DNA of 64,000 bases from Euglena gracilis (lineage: Eukaryota): the NCBI GenBank assembly GCA_039621445.1, contig CP154954.1, forward strand, positions 38,773,816-38,837,815, given 5' to 3'. The stretch's first letter is position 1, and each line of letters starts with the position of its first letter. The notes beneath the pieces are model-generated. The model worked only from the letters and a program-made list of their open reading frames with translations. It was not told the DNA's origin and made no database searches. The position numbers and the translations under genes are program-made. Shown here in pieces: positions 47,388 through 60,934 of this stretch.

Positions 47388-50300
47388 TTTTTCATGACAG
47401 CGATTTTTGCTTCTTGCTCGAGGTTGCCACAGATGCCTTAATGGAAAACGTGCCTGACCACAGATGTCCGAATGGAAAACGTGTCATTGCCACAGATGCC
47501 TTAATGGAAAACGTGCCTGACCACAGATGCCTTAATGGAAAACGTGTCATTGCCACAAATGCCCTCATGGAAAACGTGTTCATGAATTTCAGGGCAGGCA
47601 TTTGGCGGGCTGAACACTTTTTTAATTCATGCCAAACAGGCTCAAAATGGCATTTTTGTGAGGAAAAAGGTACCCTGTGAAGGCAAACTGACGTTTGTCT
47701 ACTTTTCTTCACAAAAGCAAGTGCCGTAGGAAGAAATTTAGTGCTGAAAAATGATAGACGGTCCCGTCGGTCATTTGTGCCGTAGGTGGCCGCGTAGGTT
47801 GAGAACAGCTTTTGATCGATGGGCAACATGGCAGGTGCACAGTGGAATTTTGAATTTTCAAACAGGGTCGGAACATGCGATTGCTGATTTTCAGAGTGTT
47901 GTGCACTGTGGCTGAGTTCTGAAGGTTCCAAGCGAAAGTTCTTGGGGAGAGCTTTCCGTTGATATGTAATATGTGACCTGAACTGTGGGATTTGACAAAT
48001 GAATATGTCATACACGATCACTGAAAACAAGGGCTGCGTGCATTATGGCCGAATTCTGTGGCCGTCTTTCGAAAGCCCTTCAGAAGAGCTTTCGATTGGT
48101 GGGCATCATGGCATCAGAAGTGTGGAATCTACCAATGTCGATTGGCCCAAAACTGTCCCAAACATGGGTATTTGGGGCAAATTTGACCGAGATTCCTCAG
48201 ACGCTGGTTCATGCGTGAACCCGGAGCCCCCAAGAAACGGTTTCAAAAACTTTGTCCCAGGCGTCGGTTGGGCGTGAACCCGGTGCCTGGGACACAGTTC
48301 TCGATATAGAAACCGGATGAAGGGGCCCCGGCAGTAGTGCCACAACCGTGGCGATAACACAAGGGTTAGGCACAGCGGGGGGGGGGGGCGACTGAAGGGG
48401 GCGGCGGCCACGCAGGGGGGGGGAGTCCAAGGGGGGGTCGGCACCCCCCCCCCCCCCCCCCACCGACCCCCTCGCCACGCCATTTTACCCCCCCTCCCCG
48501 CCCTTTTCAGACCCCCTCGCCACGCCATGTCAGCCGCGCCAAAGAAAATTTTCTTGGAAAACCCCCGCGCACCCCCCCCCATCTGGCACCCCCTCGCCAC
48601 GCCAAAAACCCCCCTCCCCCCCCCCTAGTCGGACGGCTCGCCACGGCGTGCCGACCCCCCGAGGGTGACCGCGCACGCTGTGCGCGACCTAAAATCGGTG
48701 ATTTTGGTTCCAAAAAAGTGTCATTTTTTGGCCATTTTTGGCTATTTTTAATCAAAAAAATGCTTTTTTTTGGGCTGTGTGCTGAACATGTAGCACCCAA
48801 ATTTGCCATTTTATGTCCGAAAATGGTCATTCTTTGCCATTTTTGGGCCTCAGAAATGGCGCGATTTTTTGGGAGTTTTTTTTTTCCTTGGGGAAGTTGG
48901 GGGGGTTGAGTGGGGGGCGGCCGCGTGAGGGGGGGGGGCAGACCTGGCCAAATGCGCGCAATTAGCTAGTAGCAATTAGACCGGCTTTGCCGGGCAGTGT
49001 TTTGGGGTTTTTTTGAAAGAACCATTTTTTATTTATTTTTGAAAAGAAACGGCCAAAGAAACATCAAGAAAACAAAGAAAAAAATACACAACACAGCAAA
49101 TCCCCTTTAATCACAAGGGTGAACTGAAATGAGTCAAATTTCTTCAAAAGCACAGAATTTTGGGTCAAATTCGAAAGTAATGTGCAAAATCAATGTCAAA
49201 GTCTGGGTCCCATACCCCGATTTGGGCGCATGCCCGAACCGGGGTATAGATATAGTTCTTGAGGCCCTGGCTTCATGTCCGTCCCTGGCGTTCTGAACAC
49301 ACGGGTTGGTCTTTCCCACCTTGACTTTCAAAATGCATTGATATGTGCCCTTTGCTACAAAAAAGAGGTGGCGGACGCCGGTTCTGTCCAAAGCCCGGCG
49401 TTCTGGACGCCGGTTCCGTCCGGGCTTTGGACAAAACCGGCGTTCCTAACGCCGGGCTTTGGGACAGAACCGGCGTCCGGAAAACCCGTGGGGGGGGGGA
49501 CGCCGGTTCTGTCCTGAACCCGGCGTCTCAAACGCCGGTTTAATTGCAAAACGGGACCAAAAATCGGCACAAAAAATTTAATTGCTAAAAATTGCTAAAA
49601 ATGGCCATTTTGGGATTTTCTATGTCTGCGCTTCAAAAATTTAGTTGAAAAATGTCCCAGCAGGATTTGGGCTGGTTTTCCCGTTTTTGGGTCCTAGCTG
49701 GGTCCAGCTCGGCAGCTGGGTTCAAACCACCTCCCTAGACCCCCCCCCAAGGTTGTTTGCCATTTGAAGTGTGGTTAATCACTTGTAGTCGCTCTTTTTG
49801 CGGGGGGGGGGGATCGATTAATCGCAATTAATCGACGTTTGGTTATGGATTGCCAAGAAAGCCAAATTTTGGTGGTGATTCCTGATTTTTCTGAAATTTG
49901 AGGCAGGTGATTCCTTGTTTGGTGTGTGTGTGTGTGTGTGATTCTTCATTCATGTTGAGCAATTCCTAATTTGTGTGCTTGGATCCTAATTTGGCCAAAA
50001 TTTTCACACAGCGAATTCCTAATTTCACCACCCAAAAATGCCATGTCTGCCGTTCCCCCCCTTGGCGTTTTGACATTACAACCCAAGGCTTTTCCGACCA
50101 GGAAATGCTGTTCATCAATAACATCGTTTTTCTTTGAAAAGTTTAGCTCATCAATCCGGGACACCCAGTTGATCGCGGTTAATCGCTTGGTCCCCGCTTT
50201 GGCGGTTAATTGATTATTCCTGCCACCCCCCGGTAGGACCCCTTTCCCAGTTGGTTTCCAATTTCGGTTCAAATCCAAATTTCAGGTGTGGGTATTCCTA

Positions 50301-50789
50301 ATTTATGGAAAAAAATTCCATATTTTGGGTTCGGTGAATTTGGCAACCGAAAATGCAGTGTTCCCCCCCCCCCGTGAGCCCCCCATGCATGCGACGCGCC
50401 TTCCACACCTTCCGCAGATTCATTGCAAGGAATGATGTATTGAGATTGAGCAATTACCATTCTTTGGATGGAACCTGATTTTGAAACAATTGAATACTTG
50501 GAAGACGATGACGAAGATTTGGATGATGATTGTTATGAAGGTGATGTCTCTCACGAGGTCAAGAATGACAATATTGAGTGCTTTTAAACCGGCGTTTGGG
50601 CCGCCGGGTTCATGACCTCACTGGTTTTCGGACGCCGGTTGTTCATAATCCGGCGTCGCTAACGCCGGTTCTGTCATCACAAAAAGTAGTATTGAAAGTG
50701 CCCCAAAACGGCCGAAATTGGTCATAGAGGTCCTGATTTGACGGTTTTAGCGATGTACTGTATTGTAATTTGCAATTTGGGGACCACTG

Positions 50790-51750
50790 GGGTGGGTATC
50801 TATATCGAGAACTGTGTCCCAGACGCCGGTTCGGGCGGGAAACCTGTGCCTGGGACGCCGGTTCGGGCGGTAGCCCGAACCGGCGTCCCAGGCACAGGTT
50901 TCCCGCCCGAACCGGCGTCTGGGACACAGTTTTTGAAACCGTGGCTAGGGGGCTCCGTTTTCATGCCCGAACCGGCGGCTGAGGAATCACGGCCAATTTC
51001 GCCCAAAATACCCATGTTTGGGGCAGTTTTGGGCTACTTTGGCCCAAATGGGCCGCCGGTCAAAAATGGCAGATTCCACACTTATGAAGCCATGTTACCC
51101 ATTAATCGAAAGCTCTTCTCAAGGGCTTTCGACAGATGCCCACAGGATTCGGCCATAATGCACGCAGCGCTTATTTTCAGCGATCGTGTATTCCAAAATT
51201 TGACATCCTAATTTGTCAAATCCCACAGTTCAGGTTGCATATTGCATATGAAACGGAAGGTCTCGACGACACCTTTCGCTTGGTACCCGCAGAACTCAGC
51301 CAGATTGCAAAGCGACCTCAAAATCAGCGATCGCACTTTTCCGCATTTTTCGGACCCCATTTGCATATCTGAAATTCCACTTTTAAGCTGCCATGTTACC
51401 CATCGATCGAAAGCTCTTCTCAAGGGCTTTCAGCAGATGGCCTTAGATTTCAGCCATGCTGCGTGGTATTCTATTTCAGAAATTCTCCAAAATAGGCCAA
51501 AAGGAAACTTTTCCTCAAAACCCCCCAATTTTTGGCCCAAGACCACCCAAAAACTGCTCAAATGTGATTACCACATGTCTACAAACCCTTTTGGACACTT
51601 TTTGGCACTTTTTATTTTGGGTCCCCCAGACGCCGGTTTCACGCCCGAACCGGCGTCTGGGACGCCGGTTCGGCGCAGAAATTTCCCGCCCGAACCGGCG
51701 TCCCAGACGCCGGTTCGGGCATGAAAACGGAGCCCCCAGACACGGTTTCA
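50790..51750. mobile_element. Dispersed element with GACGCCGGTT units and a perfect 59-bp-stem hairpin (50810-50931)
   Basis: Degenerate inverted copies at about 47790-48310 and 54375-55030; boundaries approximate. Confidence 0.7.
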
Positions 51751-54700
51751 GGCAATTGCTTAAGCACTGTCCCCCCCCCGGGGGGGGGGGTGGGTGACTG
51801 GTTTTTTCAAAGTGACTGACTGGTTTTGGGCCCGGACCCCCTCCCCCCTGGGGGGGGGGTCGGCCAGGAGTGGGCAAAAGTGGCTTGAGTGACCCCGGCA
51901 CCGAAGGCGCCGGAAATTTTTTTGGGCCTAAAATGGCCTAAAGTGACTGGAAAGTGGCCGTTTTTCTGAGTGGCCGACCCCCCCCCCTCTGGGGGGGGGA
52001 GTGACTGGCTGGTTTTTTGAAAATGAGTGACTGACTGGTTTTTAAAAAAAGTGGGGTGCCCCCCCCCCCCCCCGGGGGTAGGTAAGCAATTGTATGGTGG
52101 GTGTCCAATTTTGGTGAAAGCTGGTGCTGTTTTGGAATTAGAGCACCGTGACCATCGCTGGCCGTCTGTTGAAAGGAGTTTTTTTTTAATTGAGGTGTCA
52201 ATTGGTACCCCAACGTTGCACACATCCAGAGATACACTCGCGATCATCGGATCGGCCAGAATTTGTGGTGATTTTTTGGTCCTCCCTGCAGAAGTGATTT
52301 TTTTGTTTAAGTTGATGACCTGAGGGTTCTGACAAATATAAAAATTAATAAATTCGGATTTTCCTGGGATCCCCCCCCCCGTCCCCTTGGGGGTCCAGCC
52401 AGCAGCTCGTTTCCAGCCAGCAGCCTTTTTCCAGCCGGAGGCTGAACCCCCCCCCCCAGGGGTCCTTAAGAAATCCCCTGACGGAAAGCATGAGGTTTGT
52501 CGAAATTGAAAATCACTTTGAATAGTAAATTTTGCTTTAAATGTTTTTTTGAACCTATTTTTTTGCCAACCAACAGGAACCAAACTCTTGTAAAATGTGA
52601 CACAAAGCATCTGAGAAGGTGTGGGTGGCTGACCCCAAACATTGGAGTGGGGCACTGGAAAGTCGAACGAAGGGTGTGGTCAAAGGGGGGGTAAGCTCTT
52701 ACCCAGGGATAAGAGCTCAGCGACCTCCTTAATTCTCCCCCAATTGTGATTGGGGGGCAATTGGACAACCCCGCGAGGCTGTAAGGGCGTTGCTAAAGCT
52801 GGTGTTTGTGCCGCCAGGTTCACGACAGAACGCCGGCTCTGTTGTGAACCCGGCGGCCGCCACCACACAAAGGCGAGGATGGTAACGTGACCCCCCCCTC
52901 TATTTGGCCACCCTTTGGGCGGCCCCCCTTCTGGCCAATTTGGGTGGGGGACAATTAGGGGGATGCCCCCCCCAACCCAGCGTCACCCCGATGAATTTCC
53001 CTCTTGGGCAGCCAAAATTCCTGAAATTTGGGGGGGGAATACACAGTGGTTTTTTGGGTCGCTTGCAGATTTTGGCCTCTGTAAAGAGGATTGCTTTTTA
53101 AATTGTAAACATGCCACAGAAAGCTCCAAAGTGGACGTGTTGCTGGATTCCTCACAGGAACCTCCAATGTTAGCACAGCCGCTTGTCATCGAAACCGGTG
53201 TCCAGAACAACAGTTCGAGTGTGATACCAGCATGCAAGGGTCTCAGCTGAAAAGAGTCAAAAAAAAAAGTGACCAAAATGGTCATAGAATGTGGTTATTG
53301 TACCTTTTGCACCTTTGGGGGTGTTTTGGCCTGCAATTATCGATCTGGCTTCACGGTCCGAACTGGCATTCAAAGAATCATGGCCAATTTCACCCCAAAT
53401 ACGGCACTACTTTGATTGAGGAGGATTTTGGGTCACCCCAAACAAAAGGTTATTTTCGGCCGTTTCTGACAATTTTTTGGCGGTGGCCAAAAACGTCCCA
53501 AAGTGCGCCTGTGCGCACAATATTTCATTCGGTATTTTCGGAAATTTTGGTCCTTTTTTGGGCAGAAATTGCATAACATTTTTATTGCAGCAAGAAGGTC
53601 CTGCATGATGTGGGTAAAATGAAGCGGTAAAGGGTCGGCGGGGAGGGGGTCTGGGGGGGGTGCAGCGACAAAATTGAGGTACAAATCATTTCACCGCCCA
53701 AAAGGTGCTGAGGCGGTGTCCACTTTTCAAGTTTCAAATGAAATGGTCCAAAGCTGAACTCTTACCAATTTGTAACCCCCCCCCCAAAATAAGACCCCCC
53801 CAAAAAATAAGACCCCCCCCAAAAAATAAGACCCCCCCCTGGGCCGATTGAGCAAAAATCCAAAAATAAGACCCCCCCATAAATAAGACCCCCCCTGACG
53901 GCGCGAAGCGCCGGGGACGGTGAAAAGTTTCCCTGAGAAATTGCCAAAAACCCAAATTTTACACACAAAAAAGATGAAATTTCAAAAAATTTCAGATTCT
54001 TGAAGTTCAAAAAACATGCTAAATGTCAACTTACACAAATTTACACATGGCGCGAAGCGCCGAAGGAAAATTTTTGGTGTTTTTGGGAACCTGAAAAATG
54101 ATGTTTTTTTCGGGCCCGGGTCGGTCAAGAAAAATCCAAAAATAAGACCCCCCCCAAAATAAGACCCCCCCTGGAGGTTTCCAGTAACGGACCCAAAAAT
54201 AAGACCCGGGTCTTATTTTTGGGGGGGGGTTTATACCATTTTATGAAATTTTGCAGGCAGAACACACCAAAAACAGCATTACACAAACAATTTCTTGCCA
54301 CTGCTCTCAAAATGGGGACAAAAACATCATGAATTGTGAATGGGCTGAAAATAAATTGAGACGGTGTCTGTCTAGTTCACGCCTGAACCAGCGTCTGGAG
54401 GACCCAAAATAAAAAGTGCCAAAAAGTGTCCAAAATGCTTTGGCAACATGCCTGAGCAGTGTTTGGGGTTTTCGACCAGAAATTAGGTTTGTTTGTGAAT
54501 TCCCTTGTGCAAAATTTTGGGGAATTTCTGTAACAAGAATGCCATGCAGAATGGCTGAAATTTGGAGTTATGTGCTGAAAGCCCTTGAGAAGAGCTTTCA
54601 ATTGAGGGGCAACTTGGCAGGTGAAAAGTAGAATTTGGAATTTGCGAACAGGGTCAAAAAATGCGACCTGCGATTTTCAGAGCGCTGGTGGAAGTGTGGC

Positions 54701-57700
54701 TGAGTTCTGTGGTATCAAGCGAAAGGTCTTGTGGAGAGCTTTCAATTGACATGCAATATAGCACCGGAGCCAATACAGCACTTAAAAAGCTGTGGGATTT
54801 GGCAATGGATAATGTGGCATCATGGTTGTGAAATCCACCAATTTCGATTGGCGACTGATTTGGACCAAAGTCGCCCAAACGTGTCCCAAACATGGACATT
54901 TGGAGCCAAATTGGCCGTAATTCCTCAGACACCGGTTCGGACGTGAAGCCGGAGCCCCCTAGAAACGGTTTCAAGGACTGTATCCCAGACGCTGGTTCTT
55001 AACAAACTATGCCGGTGCCTGGGACATAATGCTCGGTGTAAATTTCCACAGATGCTGGAAATTATTTGTTTTTTTGAGATGCAGCCTCATTTTTTAGTGA
55101 CCAAGAATTTTGCTTTCCAAACCCGGACATGCCCCCCAAACCACCGGATCCAGTGGCTAGAGACATCGGTTCGGGCGGAAGCTTTCCAATCAAACGCAAA
55201 CCGGTGCCTTGTTGAGTGCAACTAACTGTTGGAACGACGGATTTCATGTGGCACCAAATTGAAATACATTGGAAAAAAGTGCTGGCTGGGGGGAAGAGTG
55301 CTGGATGGAGTCCCCCCCCCATGGTGGTTCGGGGGCCGGTCTCACCGACTGCCGGGCTGGACCCAGGCTGGTTAGAAGATGACAGAAACAAGCCAAAATA
55401 CCATCCGAGTTGAAATTCAGCCAAGAAAATTTAAAAAATTTGGGTGAAATGTTTCATCAAACAGTCAAAAATAGCATTATTCACCATTCCCAACCAGAGG
55501 TCTTTTTAGTCGTGGACCCGGGGGGGGGGGGCCTCGTTTTTCAGGAGTTTCTTTCGTCACCATACTGAAGTGCGAGTTTGGCCTATTTTTTTTGCTGCAC
55601 AGTTCGATTTTCTGAACACATGGGATTCAGGCTGTTTCCTGCCCTGTATTTGTTATTTGTGGCTTTTCTTAGGAAGTTGGTCTTTTCTTCCCTCCTGTCT
55701 GAATTCATTGTTGATTTTGGTGTTTTGTTCACCTGTCGCAGACCCTTCCCCAAGTGTGGTGGAGCAGGCTTTTGAGATCCTCACCCCCAAGTTGCTGCTG
55801 GAGCGACAGCAGAAAGAAGTCAATCGGGTGAACCTTTCTGATTTTGCTTATCTATTCATCCAGAGTGTTGTCTGTTTTAAAACTTCAAGCCAAAGTTTTC
55901 TTTGAAAAAAAAACAGAGAAAACTGTATTTTTTTTGCAAATTTCATGAGCCAAGGATCATTAAAATGCGGATCAAAAGCATTTCATCATAAAAGGGACGA
56001 CACTGGTTCTCACCTGAATCTGGCAAATTTAACGACAGTTCTGCCAAAGCGGGCAGAATCAGCGGCAAGCTAGCCAGCTTCAGGACAGATTGGCGTCACG
56101 AGCTTTTCATCAAAGGTGTGAATGGAAACATCGGGCAGACATGCGGAATAAACATTGTGATCTGGAAAAAGTTATAAAGGATTGCTCTGAATCTGAATAT
56201 TGTTTTGAGGCCCTCATTTCCCAAGACCAGACACAGGGGAGGGGGGGAACAATGAGAAATTCCTTGAAAGGGTTTTTTTTACCCCCCCATGTCCAACGAC
56301 CCCCCTACGTCCAATGACCCCCCGGTCAGAGGACACCTTTTCGGAGGTTTGATGTTTATTTGCAGGTGTGTGAAAACCGGAGGTTTGCCAGCCCTGAAAA
56401 GCTTTTCTTCCGCCCTTGTCCTCTTCCCCGCAGCCCATCGTCCATTAAAATGTTCCCTCCGGGGAGTTTTGTGCATTATGAGCGCTCCACCGGGGAGATA
56501 GTGCTTGCGGTTGTTGAAGGAGCTTCACCACACTCCCAACATTCCACCATGACATTTTCGGGTGTTTGCTAGGTTGTATGATGCAGTGAAGATGGTTGAT
56601 GGAATGCAAGGATTGTCGACTGGGCATCTTTATTTTTTTTGAAATCCCGCGGCGTGAAGGTATGTTTTGGGTGCTGTTTGAGGAAATATTTGTTGACAGG
56701 GGAGCGAAGCGCCGGAAGGAAAATTTTGACCTGTTTGGGGGGGTTTCGGCAAGCTTTTTTTCCCCGACCCCGTGTCCAACGACCCCCCCCCCCCCAGTCA
56801 GAGGACACCTTTTTGGTCACTACCCTATGTCCAATGACTGCCCCCCCCCCGGTCAGAGGACAGAGGTTACCGGTCGTTGGACATAGGGGGGGGGGAGGGC
56901 AGCCTTAAACCCCAGGGGGGAGGGGGGATAGGGTTTGGCGCCGGGTCACTTTTGTGGTTTTTGGCCGACCCTCCCGGGGGGGGGGGGGTCCGGGCCAAAA
57001 ACCCGTCAGTCACTCTGAAAAAACCAATCACCCCGGGGGGTGCAGTGACTAAGTGATTATATGGTCCGGACCCCCCCCTCCAGCTTGCAGGGAGGGACCC
57101 CCTCCCACCTGAACAATGGCGCGGTCCTGGTGACTGGTTTTCAGGCCGCACAAAGATTCAGGCCGAAAAATTTTGACCCTCAAAAATGACCAAAAGCGCC
57201 ATTTTGGGCACATTTTGGGAAAACAATGCCAAAAATGCAAAAAAGACTCGGTGCAAAGCGTCGGAAGGGAAAATTTGACTTTGAGGGGGGGGGACACCCC
57301 CCACCCACACCCCGTATGCCCTCCTTATATCGAACCCTGACGGCCCCCCCCCTTGGCACCTCACCCAAAATCGGCTGATTTTCTGGCCCGGACTTCCATA
57401 CCATACCGGAATGACGCGTGCCCCCCCCCCCCGTGGGGTGCCAGCGGTCCTAACCCACCCACCCATAAAAAAAAAGCCAATCCACCACACAAGTGTTAAA
57501 TGAACCTGTGGGTGGGACAACCCCCCCCCGGGGGTCGAGTAAAATAAAATTGGGTCCAGCCCGGCCGGAGGCCGGGCCAGCCGGCCGCAGGCTGGCCAGC
57601 CAACTGAGCTGACCATCTCACCCATCCCTGCCTTTTTTTACCATCATCGCAACTTCCTCCATCACAACCCCCCAGCCTTGATCTAGGTCCATCCATCAAA

Positions 57701-59739
57701 ATGTCTAGAAGGCAAAAATGTTTTGGAAAACTTTTGTTTTTCATCGACCCAGCCCAGCCCAGCCCCCTCCAGCACCGGCCCCCCCATACCCCCAGGGGGG
57801 TCCAGCCAGCAGCTCATTTCCAACCAGCAGCCTTTTTGCCAGGACCCCTCGGGGGGTCCTTAAGAAATCCCCTGGTTGGGGTGCCTCCGGCCAAAGCAAC
57901 GCCCTTACGCAGAACCACTCCAAATAATGTAGTTGGCTGGCAGCGTGGTGATGCAGGCCAAGCTTCATGTGGCTTTGCAACGATGCATTTGGTTGGGGGG
58001 ATGGCTTTGGGACCGGTGCCGCTGGAGGAATCTCTCAATGAATTTGATTGGGGGTGATGGCTTTGGGACCAGGGGTTTTTTTAAGACCGGGGGGAGGGGG
58101 TCCCACCCACCCACCCACCCCCTGGGGGGGGGGCCGGGGCCCCCGGGGGGCCCCCGGGGGACCCAACCCACTTTTCTCCGAAAGGGCCTGAAATTGCGAA
58201 AAAAAATGCTAAAAAATCGCACTTTTTTCAAAGATTTTCGGCGCCAAAAAAATATATCCTGCACCCCGGGGGGGGGGGGGGCTTGGCCAGACCCACCCAC
58301 CAAGGCACCGGAAAATTTTTTGGCCTTTTTTTCACGGTTTTGGGTCAAATTCTTTTGGATTCCAGAGTGGCCGACCCCCCCGGGGGGTAGTGACTGACTG
58401 GCTTCCCGAAAAAAGTGACTGACTGGTTTTTGTGACCCCCCTCCCCCCGGGGGTCGGTAAAAAATTGTATGGTCCGGACCATCCCCCACCTGCACTTATA
58501 TTGAACCCTGGGGGTCGTGCTTGTGTGGGTTTTTGGAAAAAGTGGGTGTCACCAAGTGAATACATGGTCCCACCAAGATGTGCCTAGCAAGACCTGTGAA
58601 ATGACTGGGCATGACTGGGTGTGACCAGCATCAAGTGAGCAGTCGTTTTTGTGGAAGGGGGGGTCCGACCCCTTTGGAGGGAGGGGGTCCAGACCATCCC
58701 CCTCCCCCTTTCAGACTGAGGGGGGAGGGGTCCGGGAACAAAAAAATTCCGGCATCATTCTTGGTGTAAGTTTTTCCGTTGTTTTTTTTTTCAAAACGTG
58801 TGTGAAAACATGATTTTGGGGGCCATTCGAGGCCAAAAAAATTTTCAGCACTTGGCGGTGGAAAACCTCTGCACAAGGGAAAGGTTCCACCCACAGGAAC
58901 CATACCAACCACCCACGGTGAGTTCATATCCCTACTGCGCTGGAATTACACCACATTTGCTCACCCGGCCAGGGGGAGCAACACACGAGCACTGGTGTAA
59001 GGGGTCCTGGCCACTCACCACACAACAAACTGGGCCAGAAGCAAGTTTAGCACCGGTCATAAACAGGCTAGAAGCCTTGGTGCTACTAAGGGAAGGTTCT
59101 GGCCAATACCCCCCCCCTGCTCATTTGATACCTGGGTGTTAATAGGATTCCGTGACTGGGTGTGTCAGACCTCCCTTTAGTATGTATCACCAAAAAATTT
59201 TTTCCGTATCACACGTATCACAGCATAAAAATTAATGTATCAAACATGTATCACCAAATTTTTTTTAATATATCACATATGATCACCAAGCAAATTTTAA
59301 TGTATCACACATGTATCACCAATTTTTTTTAGAGATTTCCACGTTTTTACATCAAAATGTTTTTTCCCCCTTCTGTTCCGCTTTTCATCCTTGTTTCCTT
59401 GCGTGGGACAGGTGTTGAGCAATGGTATGCCTCCAAAGCATTATCAATTCCATTTGTCTGCAGCGACCACCAGTCTTTTGTTTGTCAGCCACCCCACATA
59501 AGCGCATTCAAGAATGGCCGACCCCCCGGGGGGGGGTGCAGTGATTAACTGGCTTTTTCATAGTGGAAAGTGACCCCCCTCTCCCCCGGGGGTTGCTAAG
59601 CAATGTTTGGAGGGAAGCTACGCGGAGCTGCGCAAGGTGGAGGACGAGGGCATCCCTGATTCGCCTGCTGGAGAGGGTTCTTCATCAGAATCTGCCCCGC
59701 CCCCCAGAAAATAAACTGAAAGTGACACTACCCACCCAA

Positions 59740-60185
59740 AAAAGGATATTGCCACCAGTTCTGTATGGAATGGAAGAATGACCGAGATTGGTTGCGTTTT
59801 GAAGCATCCCATGGCGTGTGGTGTGTTATTTGCCATCAATTTGTCAAAATCCAAAAGTGATCCGGAAGTGATGGAGATGGATGGGTCAGAAAAGGAATTC
59901 TCTTGCAATGCCAACAAAAGTGTACACTTTCTGCAACATCAAATCACACAGTGAGGGAAAGTATCATCTTGCTGCAAAGGCCATGTTGAATCGACCACAA
60001 ACAGGTCTGAGCCAATCCCTTATTCACCTTCCGTCCGCTTTGATACCACATGCAAAGATGTTGTTTAAAACCGCTTTGTGGATGGTGAAGCATGGAATTG
60101 CCTACCGAAAGCTTTGTTCATTGTTAGAATTGCAGCATTTGAATGAGGCGGAGTATGATTTGTGTTATGCGTCCAGCTACACACC
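59740..60185 (+). pseudogene. Decayed hAT transposase N-terminus (TTF-type Zn finger, ZNF862-like)
   Basis: One frame gives FCMEWKNDRDWLRFEASHGVWCVICHQF then a stop. After a frameshift: IKSHSEGKYH...LFKTALWMVKHGIAYRKLCSLLELQHLN. Recognised by motif only. Confidence 0.6.
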
Positions 60186-60550
60186 TGGAAGAAGAAGCCA
60201 TGGGAACCTGAGTTCCTCAAGCCCGGGTGAGCGCCCTCTTATGTTCGTCTGTAAATTCTTCATCTTACAAATTTGTGCTTCACAACTTTTATTATATGTT
60301 TCACCAAGGAAAATTTGTGTATCACACATGTATCACCAATTTTTTTCAATGTATCACATATGTATCACCAAAAATGAATTCTTGTATCACAGTTACGTTG
60401 TGATATGCACTAAATTGCGGTCTGGGGTGTGTCTGGGCGACTGGTCATTCTTGGCCACTTTTGCCCACTTTTGCCCCTGTTAGCTATTTTTGGCCATTTT
60501 GCCACTTTTGGTTGCTTTTACCTTTGTATGGTCATTTTTATTGTCTCAAC

Positions 60551-60934
60551 CAGGCTTTTGCTTAAGGGATTGCAGTACCCCCCCCGGGGGGGACTGGACT
60601 GCTAGCAGGGCTAGCTAGTGGAAATTTTTTTTCCAGTGACCGGCGCGAAGCGCCGGAAATTTTTTTGGGACCCCCAAAAATGGCCAAAAATGCCCGTTTT
60701 TGGCCATTTTTTGGGAATTTTTGGAACAAAATCAGCCAAAAACCTGTTAAAAACCTCATTTTTCCTCCGGCGCACAGCGCCGGAGGAAAATTTTTTTCCC
60801 AGTCCGGGGGACGGACCCCCGGACCCCCCCCCCCCCCGGGGGGGGGGGGGCTAGCTAGTCCACTTTTTCCAGTGTCTAGCCGTTTGGCTAGCCAGTACCC
60901 CCCCCCCCCCCGGGGGTCCTTAAGCAAAAGCCTG
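60551..60934. mobile_element. F1 MITE, opposite orientation to the 6273 copy
   Basis: TIR CAGGCTTTTGCTTAAGG; exact TSD GTCTCAAC. Confidence 0.92.

Larger units (their letters stand above)
45492..47611 (+). mobile_element. TIR element (27-bp TIR AGCCCGCCAAATGCCTGCCCTGAAATT) with subterminal ATGGAAAACGTG repeats and an interrupted Zn-finger ORF
   Basis: TIRs at 45492-45518 and 47585-47611; no clear TSD. Confidence 0.75.
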
